From Vitrella brassicaformis CCMP3155 (lineage: Eukaryota > Protista > Chromerida), in NCBI GenBank assembly GCA_001179505.1, contig CDMY01000589.1:1-46680 (forward strand): a DNA stretch of 46,680 nucleotides, in the 5' to 3' direction. Every line of letters begins with the position of its first letter. Position 1 is the first letter of the stretch. The notes under the pieces were generated by a model, which was not told where the DNA came from, made no database searches, and saw nothing but the letters and a program-made list of their open reading frames with translations. Below, in pieces: positions 1 through 10,949 of the stretch. The translations under genes were made by a program, and so were the position numbers.

Positions 1-1077
1 TGCCGATCAGGCGGAAAACACAAACCAGATTGCTGCGCCCATGTAAGAATAGGGGGGAGAGAGTCGGGGAGAATGGTGAAGAGAGGATCTGCCGGGCGGT
101 CAGTCCCGGATAAAGGATTAAGTCAATGCAACGTAAGGTCTGTGGATTTTGTGGAGAGTCCACGTAGGACATGTAGTATGCGTCAGTCCATCCTGTCTGA
201 CGTCCTGTCCGCCATGGCCTGTCTCATGGAACGGACAAAGACTCAACAGCCGTCCTGTCTCACAGATCAGTGGATCGTCGGTCTATGAACCCTAGACCCT
301 AAACCCTGGACCGACTTGCACTTCTGACAGTAGGAACGCACAGCCGGACATTGATTGATTCGCCAGCCCATGTGTCTGTCTCTGTGCCTGTGCTGGCTGT
401 TTGTCAGGCCACCCTCATTCGCCAGAGGCTCAGGGTATGCACCCACACGAAGAACCAGCAGACAGACAGGCAGACAGACACAAGGAACAACACACCAGGC
501 CCCACATTAACGGATATCCCTTTCAGGCTTTGGGCCAGGCCGCGCATGGGGCCACATTTGCTCCTGCTGCTCCCGTTGCTGCTGCTGCTGCTGCACGAGG
601 TGGTGAACAGGAGAACAAAGCCACACACACATACACTGACAGGAATTGAGCACCGTGTTGTCCCTCTTTTTGTCCTTGGTTATTCGTTCAGGTCGTGGTC
701 GTGGTCGGGGCGGCGCACCCGGCTACGGCCGTGGCGGCATGGCTGCGGGCGGCCGGGGGGCGACGCTGGCTGCGGGCGGGGGGAGAGGGGCACCGATGCC
801 TCCCCTACCCCCACCCAGCGGCCTCGCACCCATTCCCGCTTGGTGTGTGTGTCCGCGGCGTGACGGCGGCCAAGGGCGCGGGCAGAAGGACCGGAGCACT
901 TGCATCAGTGTGAGCCATAGGCGGGCAAAACTACATACACATGCACCAAAAATGAGTGCAGCGCCCCTGTCTCTCTCTTTTTCTGTGTATTCTGTATTCA
1001 GCTGCTCCGGATCGCTGTCTACATCTTATATTGTGAAGCATTGGTTTTCATCGAGGTCGTTGGCGCACCTTCGTTGA
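1..1077 (+). CDS. 3' part of a multi-exon gene with a Gly/Arg (RGG)-rich, Pro-rich C-terminus; starts upstream of the window, stop position uncertain
   Basis: Exons about 1-42 (CRSGGKHKPDCCAH), 408-434 (ATLIRQRLR), 527-~602 and 692 onward join in frame across GT-AG introns to give ...AAAAAARGRGRGRGGAPGYGRGGMAAGGRG...PPLPPP. Confidence 0.45.
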
Positions 1078-1545
1078 TTGAGGGTCGCCTGCTTGTCCAT
1101 ATGTGCATCAGTCCAACACGAATATATATAGTTTGCTGTATCTAACACTGGTGAGACATGCACAGGACATCAACAAAACAGGTGCTGCGCCACGCCATGA
1201 CCGCACTGGAATAGCTGTGTCCGCCAAAGGCAGCCATGGCACACGCACACAAGCAACACACACGCAAAACCCGCAAAGCACTCAGGGGCGGATGTGTGGT
1301 GCACGACGATAGATAGAAACAGGTGTGCAATGGATAAATACATAAACGGGACACCAACACACACCAACTGGCGGCCAAGGCCCTCCCTCCCCCCGATGCA
1401 TATGCATCAGCTCGCACACACCACTTACACACAGACGTTGTAGACAAATACTTACAGACTGCATACTCAGGAAGCTCAGCAAAAAGAGAATAGGCCGCTA
1501 AAGTAGCGAGTGTCTGGTTGACTCACTGCCGGCTCATCGATCAGA

Positions 1546-3984
1546 TCACGTCGACGCGCCCGACACCTGACAAGAAGAAATGAGAACGTCTGTTGTGCTG
1601 TGCTGGTCTCTCCCTCTCCAGTCACTTCTGTCTGACCTGCTGCAGTGCATGAATCTCCAAATCAGCACCCGTGAAGACATGACTGGCGGCCAACGTGGCG
1701 TATCCCTCCTCGCTGAAGCTGCCACGATACGTCATGCGCCTCGGCAGCTCCTCACGCGACAGCCACTGACAGCCGCTGCGAAGGTCGCCAGCCGGACCAC
1801 CCTTCCCGAACCCCAACCACAGCCGAGCACCGATGGCCACCTTGCAGCACAAGGGCCCCAAAATTTCCGTCACCGCCCCCCCAATGCCGGCGACCTTCAC
1901 GCGCTGGTAGTGGTGGGGCACGGTGATCTTGGTGATGCCCTGCTGCTCAAATGCGCCACTGATGGAGTAGAAGGTAACGGGGCAGGGTGTCGTCTCGACT
2001 GCCGTGGGGTCGTCTGGCGGCTTGAGCTGCCCCTTGATGTGGCTGGCGAAAGTGTGGGCGCCGGTGTCCTTGAAGACCAGCAGCAGATCGACCGCACCGC
2101 CCACCTTGGCGAAGAGGGCCTCATAGGTCCAGCCGTCACGCTCACCCCTGGCACACACAGAGGCAGGAGAGCGGGAGTGCGCTTGAACATCAGCCATGGC
2201 CCCTCCTTAGGCACTTCACTCACTTGTAGAGGAGCTGTGAAGTCATCGGTGTGTCGGTCGCCATGTCGATGAGGGCCTGGAGGTCGTCAGCAGAGAGGAT
2301 GGGGTCAGCCGGACGAGTGCTCCACACCTGACCCACATCACATCAGCAACACAATGGAGAGTCATGAGGTCCGCATGGATTCGACGCTTCATGGCCATGT
2401 GTGGCTGACCTGGTACACTTCCAGTCGCGTGGCGGTGAAGGCCTGGCTGCTGGCTAGTGTGGCCCGTCCCGCCTCGTCGTAGCTGCCCATGTACGTCTCG
2501 CCGCCGTCGGGCAGATCATCCCTTCGCAGCCACTGGTGGCAGTGCCGAAGGTCGCTAGTCGGCCGCCCGTCTTTTTGACCCAGCCACAGGCGGCCGCCAC
2601 CGATGGCCGCCTTGCCACACGGGATGCTGCCGGTCTTCACCGCCCCCTCGGTGCCGGAGACCCTCACACACTGCCAATCGTGGGGTATGTTGATCTTGGT
2701 GATGCCCTCCAAGAATGCGCCACTGATCGAGTAGAAGGTAACGGGGCAGCCGGTGCGCAGCTCAGATGTGGGGTCAGCTGGGGGCTTGAAGGGCCCGTCG
2801 ATGTGGCACGCGAGCGTGTGGTGGTGCTCATCCTCGATGACGAACAGCAGGCCGTACACACCCGCCACCGCCACTCGTGCAATCAGAGCCCCATACTGCC
2901 AGCCGTCACGTGAACTCCTAAGCACGACAGAAGAGGGCCATTCAAAAGAAGGCCATCATTCTTCCCGCCCTCTCTGCTGTGCGTGGTCCGCTCACTTACT
3001 TGAAGACGCACTTGATGTGGCTGTGGGATTTGCCGATCATCGAGAGGTACACTTGCTCCATAAGGCCATACATTTCACACACATACAGCAGATCGCCAGG
3101 CGAACCACACGTCGGCAGCGGCGTGACGGCATCGGGGGCCAGCCGAATGCGACGCACGTAGTCCACTATCCTGCCAACACAGTACAACACAACACAACAC
3201 GTACAGAGTACGTACAGACGGTGTTTTCCACCTCGCTGGTGTCATATTACTCACTTGTGCAAGAGGGTCATGGACACATCGACCACCGGCCCAGTATACC
3301 TGCACACACAAAGAGAAGGGGGCATCGCCAGCCCTCTGTGTGGATCACTGACTACTGACTTGGTGAATCGGTCGTAGAGTGTTTGGAAGTCAGCCAGTGT
3401 GGCGTCGGTGGTGGCGACCGCTTCGCCGTCCACACACACACTGAGCACCTCAGTGCCGCCCGTCCCACCAAATGACGAGCTGATGAAGGGCCCCATGATG
3501 GCCATGAAGTCACGGAAGGCGCCACTCTCACTGTCGCCGGGCTGCGCATCGATGGTGAGGGCCGTCTTGGACAGTAGGAAGCGGTCGTGGTAGAATGCGG
3601 AGGCCCGGCGTCCGCCGTCACAGATAGCTCTCGAGCCGAGAAGTAGCTTCATATCAAGCCTGCATTGCATCACCACACACGCATACACAAGCAGTGAGCA
3701 CTGCTGCATCATGCCAGCACGCATGCCTCTCACCAGTTGAAGTACTTGGGATCTGCGTCGATGAAGTGAATGCCGTTAGTGTCTGTGACCATCCATTCCT
3801 CAAAGCGGTGCAGCAGCACAGCCAAGCAGGTGTCCCTCAGACCTCGACGGAGCAGCTGACCACGGGGGAAGGCCATCACCGTCCCACCCACGTTCAGCAG
3901 CATCACTCTCGCCCTGCTCTTGTCTGCTGGCTTGCTGCTGGCGCTGTCTGCTGTGCCTTTGCTGGTCGACGACGGGCCCTTCAT
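1546..3984 (-). CDS. BTB/POZ (KCTD/T1-like) + second BTB-like + two tandem TLDc-like domains, copy A
   Basis: LLNVGG...FIDADPKYFNW (3730-3900); VCVDGEAVATTDATL...IVDYVRRIR; TLDc-like SSRDGWQYGALIARV...LEVY (2389-2925) and LLYKGERDGWTYEALFAKVGG...LEIHAL (1622-2270). Canonical introns; predicted last exon 1546-1566; ATG at 3984 is tentative. Confidence 0.75.
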
Positions 3985-4246
3985 AGTTGGCTGCCGCTGG
4001 TGGTTCAAGTAGTCGATCTCGATGAAGCCGCAATCTTAGGCTCGCGACCCACCCTTCCTCTCCCTTCCTCTCCCTCCTGACTCATTCAGCGTGTCTTCCT
4101 GGTGCCGCTGATCGCGTCCAGTCAGCTCTCTCCATTTGGAGAGAGAAAGCATTTACGCGCGGCGCTGTAGGCCCGTACAGGCTTTCGGACAGGGAGCCGA
4201 GACGAGGCAAAGCGTCGAAGGGAGTCGATCAGTCGAGCGCTGGTGA

Positions 4247-6968
4247 ATGAAGATGGCGATCCTGAGGCCTGTGGCCGCCGTTTTGCTTCTCCTCTTGGTG
4301 GCGGCTCCGTCACCGCTCCACGGTGCAGAGGATCCCGATGGGAAGGCGAGCCCAAAGCGCCTGGTCGATGACATCGGGGATCTCCTCTATTCACCACTCA
4401 ATGCCACGAAACAAGCGGCAGAGTCGCTGCTGGAAACGGCCAGCAACCTGCTGATTGACCCGGCACTCGCCGTCGGAGAGGGCTTCCTCACGCGGCCCGA
4501 GAACGAGTTGATGGATCTCTTCCACCCATTCGAGGCCGTGGAGAGCCTACAGGGAAAACTGCAGGCGCTCACAAGGCTCGGACTCGGTACAATGCCACAG
4601 GCAGCAGGCGGACAGACAGACAGATGACAGGTGGTGATTGCTTGGGTGGTGTGCGTGTGGTCAGCTGAGCTGACCGACAGGGTGCCCCGTGCCTTTTGGG
4701 ACGATGTCTTCAATATGCCCAGTCTGGTGCTGGCCAACATGTTCGACTACGAGCTCATCCCCTACGTCAAAGATATCCCGACCATCATGTGCCTGTGGTT
4801 GGCGGCGCCGCACATCCTCAAGTACGAGCCCCCCGTCCAGAACTCCCACATCCTGATGCAGAATGTGGCCATCTTCCACGCCGTGGCGGCCTACACCGAC
4901 GACTGGGATGTCTTCTTTGGTCCCGACCGCCGCGCCCCCAAGTACATGCGGACGCACCGCAACCGCCAGGAAGCCGGCGTCCACGCCTGCTACGAAATCC
5001 ACAGGATCCTCACGCCCCAAGCAGGTCAGTTAGTCATGGAGTGAGCCACCAACACATCGACCGTGAGATTGAGTTGCGTGAGTGTTGCGTGAGTGCAGCC
5101 GAGAATTTCGCGCAGGCGATGGTGCTGATGGGGTACAATCCGTTGGACAAGGAGCCAAACGAGAAGACGCCCGCGGGCCTGGGGCATTTGATGGCCAAGG
5201 AGGTGGTTGAGTGGTTCAAGGACGACGGCTTCAACAAGGACGGCACCATGATGCACGAGTATAACGGGCTGGCCTACGAGGACTGGACGGAATACAAGCC
5301 TGTCAACGGACCGCACAAGCTCACCTACCCCACATACTGGCAGCCACTCATCGAGGCACAGGTACGCACGGCATAGCAGCCATCCATCTCTATCTCGACG
5401 GATCTCTCCCCCTCCCTCTCTGTATGGCTGCAGGGCGTCGGCGGCTCTGGCGAGCGGTACGGTTACAATGTGCTGCAGACGCACATCACCCCGCACGCCG
5501 GCAAGGTGCGCCCCTTCTTCTGCTCGCAAGAGCAAGTGGACGCGAAGAAGTCGCCCGCGATCTACAACTGCACCAAAGAGATGGAGCCCGAGGACAGGGA
5601 AGAGGGCCACCAAGGCAGGGCGGAAGATGGCGACGGCAGGAGCTGTATCGAGGTGCTCAAGGAAAGGTCCCTCAAGGTCATCGAAGAATCGCTCAAACTC
5701 GACGGTCGGTGGGCGGCCATCAGCCGAGGGCGGGGAAGGGATGATGGGTCGGATGGGTGGCGGATACAGGGGCACGAAGGCCCTGTGTGTGTGTGTGTAA
5801 TCTGTTCTGTGTGGTGGTCTCTCGTTCCTTCAGAGAAGAAGAAGGCCTTCGGAGAGTACTTTGACAACAAGGTGAGCTGATTGAATCAATCACAAGCACA
5901 ACGACCCACACGGGCATCATGCGTGTGTGGTTCTCTTCTACGTCTCTCTCCCTGTCTCACTGCTTCAGTTGTATTCCCTCGGCCCAGTGCCCCTGCAGCT
6001 AATCAAGGTGAGCGGAGCGCACCAGTACTGACACGCTCCGTGTGGATGTGGCGTGTGTCGTCTGGATGATTTTGTGTCAGCCGCTGGACATGAACTTTGA
6101 GGAGTTCACAGCTCTCGAGTTGGGGTACGCCGGGCTGCTCTACGACGCCACCATTGTGGCTTGGAAGGAGAAGGTCTACCACGACGGCGTCAGGCCCCAA
6201 TCCTTCATCCAAGAATATTTCGCCGACGAAAAGTACGCACACAGTCACACACACAGACAGAGACATCGAATCGACGGACGTGTGTGTTGTGTGTGTGTGG
6301 CGTCAGGTTCAAGGCGTATGTGCCGAAGGTGGGCATCCGGGAGATCATGGGCAAGGACTGGAAGTCCTACTTCAGGACCATGCCACACACAGGTGAGGCC
6401 TAGTGTACTGGCCACTGCACTGGGCCACACATAAACGAACGAAGGCGACAATTGACCACCTGGTGCGCCGTGCATCTGTCCCTCCCTCCCTCCCTGCCTT
6501 TGTTTGCCTCGCGTCAGAGTACCCGTCTGGTTCGGCGTGTTTCTGCCGCGCGTCGATGGAGTACGCCAAGATAGCCTTTAAGGGCTTCGACATCGCCGGC
6601 AAGCTCAGGGCGTACTTCCCCAAGGGATCCTCCGTTGTCGAGACCGGCACGACACCCACCAAAGACCTCATCATCGAGTAACTAAACACACACACATTCC
6701 TACTATGCGGCAACCATGAGACATCGGATGGATGGATGGATGGATGGGTGCGTCTGTACTGTGCAGGTGGGAGTCGTTCGACCAGATAGCTGACACGTGT
6801 TCCAAGAGTCGCGTGTGGACGGGAGTGCATTTCGAGCAAGCCATCGACCCGAAGCTGGGGGCCGGCCTGTGTGACGGCATCGGCGAGCTCGTCTTCAAAC
6901 GCGTCCAGAAGCACAGCGGCGGCATTCTCGCCCTAAAGGAAGTGCGCGACAACGGCAAGTGGGACTGA
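4247..6968 (+). CDS. Secreted vanadium-dependent haloperoxidase-like protein (PAP2/VHPO superfamily), 10 predicted exons
   Basis: N-terminal signal peptide MKMAILRPVAAVLLLLLVAAPSPLHG. The spliced product carries K-x6-RP (KVYHDGVRP, 6171-6197), MPHTEYPSGSA (across intron 6393-6517) and SRVWTGVH (6807-6830). Stop TGA at 6966-6968. Confidence 0.85.
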
Positions 6969-7612
6969 GTGACATCCCGCCCGCCCCGCATGACATCCAC
7001 CATCCATCCCTGTTGTGATGATGTGTGTTTGTATGCGTGCGTGGTTTTTTCTGTGGCTGTAAAGCGGCTTGCTGTGGTTTGATGGGATAGGAGGCCCGGC
7101 AGGCAGTAGGGGGAGGGAGGGAGGGGAATCGCAATTCACGCATGCATTCATGTATGCGTCGGCACCACTAGAGCTATACTTACTATTATTTTTTCCGGTG
7201 CGCGATGCATTGCGCCGGGGGCTGGGGAGGCGGGATGAGTGCCTGGATGGATGGATGCCTACCTGCCTGTCCTGCTGTCTGCAAGTCAGTCTTGCTGTCT
7301 GCATGTGTGTAGGTCCGGCCGACGGGCGACCACAGAAAATCTGTGTGGTTGCTTGTCTTGGTGCCATAAGAGACATACATATGCACACACACACACGTTC
7401 ATACTTATACACGTACATTCATTCACGCAGCACTTGATGCGATGCGTCCCACAGACAGACAGACAGACAGAGACAGATGTCTGCATCCATTCATTCATTT
7501 TGCTCGTATTGTAAGCTGTAAGTGCATTTATGGATACCGGGGAGCGGGGGGCCGTGGCTGACTGGCTGACTGGCTGGCCGGCTGGCAACTGTACTGGCTC
7601 GAGAAATGGACT

Positions 7613-7662
7613 GGATGGACGGATGGATGGATGGATGGAGCGGTGGATGGATGGATTGATGG
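7613..7662. repeat. (GGAT)n microsatellite, imperfect
   Basis: Run of GGAT units in the convergent intergenic/3'UTR region. Confidence 0.85.
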
Positions 7663-8090
7663 AGCAGTGGACGGACGAATTCGTGTGCTTCGTGAGTGTG
7701 TGTTTGCGTGTGTGTGCCCCTAGTGCCTTTTGCGGTTGATTGATGAACGATGATGGCGGTTGCCTCAGGGCACACATGTTATGTCTGCTGTGTGTGGTAA
7801 TGCTGTTGTCCATGGCCTATGTTATGTGCTGGTCTGTGACTTCTTTCTTGTTGGTTGGCCGAAGGAAACACACACCAAGTCAAATGAAATGCATCCATCC
7901 ATTCAATGCTCACACAATGTCCGTCCAGATCAGATGACGCAAAACACACACTCATACTGCAATGCACGGTCACTCGCTGTGACGCCAGTCAGTCAGTCGC
8001 CTATCTGTCTGTACACCCGTCTTAAAACCGACACGTCTACTTCACATATTCTGTACACAAGACACAGAAATACACCCCACCGAGGGATCG

Positions 8091-9960
8091 TCACCACTTG
8101 CCCGAGCCGATCTTGAGCTCCTTCGCCCTTGCCGGCTCCACCGCCCCCCTCTTGACGCCGCCCCTGCCCCCCTCCCTCATGTCTTTCTCCATCTGCCTCA
8201 GCCTCAGAATGGTCATGATGTCGTCCTCACCATACATGTCGGTCGAGTCCACTGTCGACCGGTACTCGCCCGGCATGAACATGTAGTGGCCGTGGGTGCG
8301 CTCGTTGACGGTGCCGGGCTTGTAGATGGACGTCAGCCACAGGCAGATGGGCCGGTAGGTGTCGGCGTCGGCGTGCACCAGGCTCAGCTCCCCGGGGGCT
8401 GCCGCGATGCGCGTGAGGTTGGTGTCGAAAGAGGGGGAGCCGTACACATCCTGAATACAAGCAAACAAGGTGAACAGAACCAAACAGGGGATCTGCAGAT
8501 CCTCATTCGTGTGTGTGTGTGTGTGGTCATTGCCCTCTCTGACCTGTCTGTTTCTGTCGATGCGTTCGAGTGCCTTGAGGTATGGGATGATAGGCTCGGG
8601 CGGCGTCAAGCCACGAACAGCGAGGCGGTCCTCGCATTCGGCCATGTATCTGAAGATGAGGTCATCCCGGATGAGCAGCTCCCGCCCCAGCCAGTGCCGC
8701 ATCGGATCAAGCCCCGTCTCTTGCTGTCGGCTCAGCAACTCCTGAAGGGACACATGGCGATATCAACAGCACAGCCCACCTATACACCCACCCTCCCCTG
8801 GCCATTTTCTCACTGTGTGTACCTTCCATGCCAGTCGTGGTGAGACGCATCCGAGCCCCAGCCATCGTGCGATCTTCCACGCACTGTCGCCCATGTTGAA
8901 CACCGGGTGGCTGCGGCGGTCCGTGGGGTCCACAGACTCACCCACCCACACATAATGCTCCAGCAGACGCAGCCCACCGCTCTCACCACCTGCACACACA
9001 ACACAATCCCATCACATGGCACGACACATCCCCCATCGAGATCTGCCTCGTTTCGCACACTTACCAGGTTTCATGGGCTCTGCGGGCGTCTCAGCCATAA
9101 CGACGTTCTCGATGGGCGGCCCCTCATACCTCTCCTCCACACCCCATGGCAGCGTGTCGGTGGTTGGGAAGTACTCGTAGGAGCCGCCCAGAGCGTCCCA
9201 TACGAAGGGCTCCAGCCTGGGCACGCGCCCAATGGCGCCCTTGTCTATTGGGGGGAGGGGCTCGGGGGGAGTCAGGCCCTTCCGCCGCACCCCATTGTTG
9301 AGCGCACGGACATTCTGGGGGGAAGAGGGAGGGGCAGATATCGACTCATGTGTGATGTGACTGCTTGTTTGTGGTTCGTGTCGTCGTCTTCTGCTTACGG
9401 TGAATGGCTGGCCAACTCGTCGGTAGAGGTCGGCCACTTCCTCGATCGGATACAGACTCCTGTCCCACCGCAATTGAAGCTGACACACGCGCAGACACAC
9501 ACAGACACAGACACACGCAGAGCATTCGAACACGCTGCCCTGTCTGGTACCAATTCCCTCTCCCCTCTCTCACTTCATTCAGCTCACCGGTGGCCTTGTC
9601 GGCAAGCGCCTCAGTTCGTTGGCCAGTTTGTCCTCAAACACATTTTCGTCCTCAAACACGCCCTTGGTCGACAACACCGCACCGGCCAACGACGGTCCTG
9701 GCCAGACGCCCGGGTCCGTCTCTGATGATGGACGGACCGACGACAAACACAAACAGCACATAGGCAGGCACCTCACGGCCAATCGAGTGTGGTCGCTGAC
9801 CGTGTCGTGTGTTGAAGAGGTGTGGTATGAATCTGTGTGGGTCCGAGATGACGATGAGCAGGTCACTGCCCAGCTCACGCAGCCTGTTCTTCAGCTCTGT
9901 CAGGGCCTCTATCAGAAAACGACCACGAGCCAGCAGCCGGGGATTCTCCTCCCTAAACAC

Positions 9961-9991
<31 letters not shown>

Positions 9992-10625
9992 GGCAGACAG
10001 ACAGACAGACAGACAGATGGCGAGAGAATGGGAGAATGGCGCGTGTGTTGTCTGGCGTGGGTGGCTGGCTGGCTGACCATGGTGCCGGTTCGAGGTCCTG
10101 TTGTGTGATGCAGTAGATGGGTAGCACCTCCACCTTATCCTCGCCCTGCTGCTGTAACAGATCGGCCGCAGCTGTCAACAGTGGATTATCGTGCACCCTG
10201 CGCACACACGAGAGAAGATTCTGATGCCAGATCTGACCGTGGACAATGATGCCTATCTGCCTCTGCCACCTGAGGTCATTTCGAAACCACACGACGATGC
10301 GGTTCTTCGGCTTAACTGCACACACACGGAGAGGACACACGAAGCACACCGAACACACCTGAGATGTGCTCACATACTCCCATTGGCCGCATTGCTTACA
10401 TATGGGCCTCTCCGGCTGTATATCATCCCGCTCATCGGCTGCTGACGCCGTGTCTGTGATAAGGGAATAGTCCAGCTCCCCTCGTGCGCTGCTGTGACGC
10501 TGAATGCCGGCATATGCCTCTCGCAGCCTCAACCATCGCGGCAGGTGCACAGATTGGAACGCTTCGCTGCCGAGCGAGGCCGTGACGAGGCCAGTCACGG
10601 GCGCGATGAGTCCAAAGAGCTGCAT
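8091..10625 (-). CDS. Photolyase/cryptochrome-family protein of PHR2-like architecture (distal FAD-binding half absent), with putative bipartite N-terminal targeting leader
   Basis: Spliced IVVWFRNDLRVHDNP, RFLIEALTELKNRLRELGSDL, RWDRSLYPIEEV, GGESGGLRLL, KIARWLGLGCVSPR, HWLGRELLIRD, followed by an unrelated tail to the stop at 8091. ATG at 10625 begins MQLFGLIAPVTGLVTASLGSEAF. Confidence 0.8.
9961..10017. repeat. (ACAG)n microsatellite inside an intron
   Basis: About 14 ACAG units with one AGGC interruption. Confidence 0.9.
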
Positions 10626-10949
10626 TTTGGCAGATCTGCCCTTCGAAGGCGAGCTTAGAGCACGGGCTCGCAGCAATCGAGCTGAAAGGAGGAGCTCGCA
10701 GCAATCGGGGGGGAAAACGGACCAGATATCGCATTCCGACTGCATTGCGGTGTTGGTTGATCCTCTGTCTGAGCGTGCTCGGAGTCCCGGCGAATTTCTA
10801 CCATTTGCCGATGCGGAAGCGGATGGTAGCGGATGTCGGGAGCCCCATTGGATGACAGGTGAGGCTCAGACAAGACACATCCGCACGTGGAAGGGCTGCG
10901 TGGGACGACGGACTCGTTTGCATGTGTTGTAGCTGGTCTTGAGTGAGCG

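Noticed and set aside
288-309. Telomere-like (CCCTAAA) units as an interstitial telomere
   Set aside because: Only three degenerate units; insufficient on their own.
6969-8090. Several 60-175 aa ORFs between the VHPO-like and PHR2-like genes
   Set aside because: They translate microsatellite-rich 3'UTR/intergenic DNA (GWMD, HTHT, CVCV patterns) and have no coding signal.
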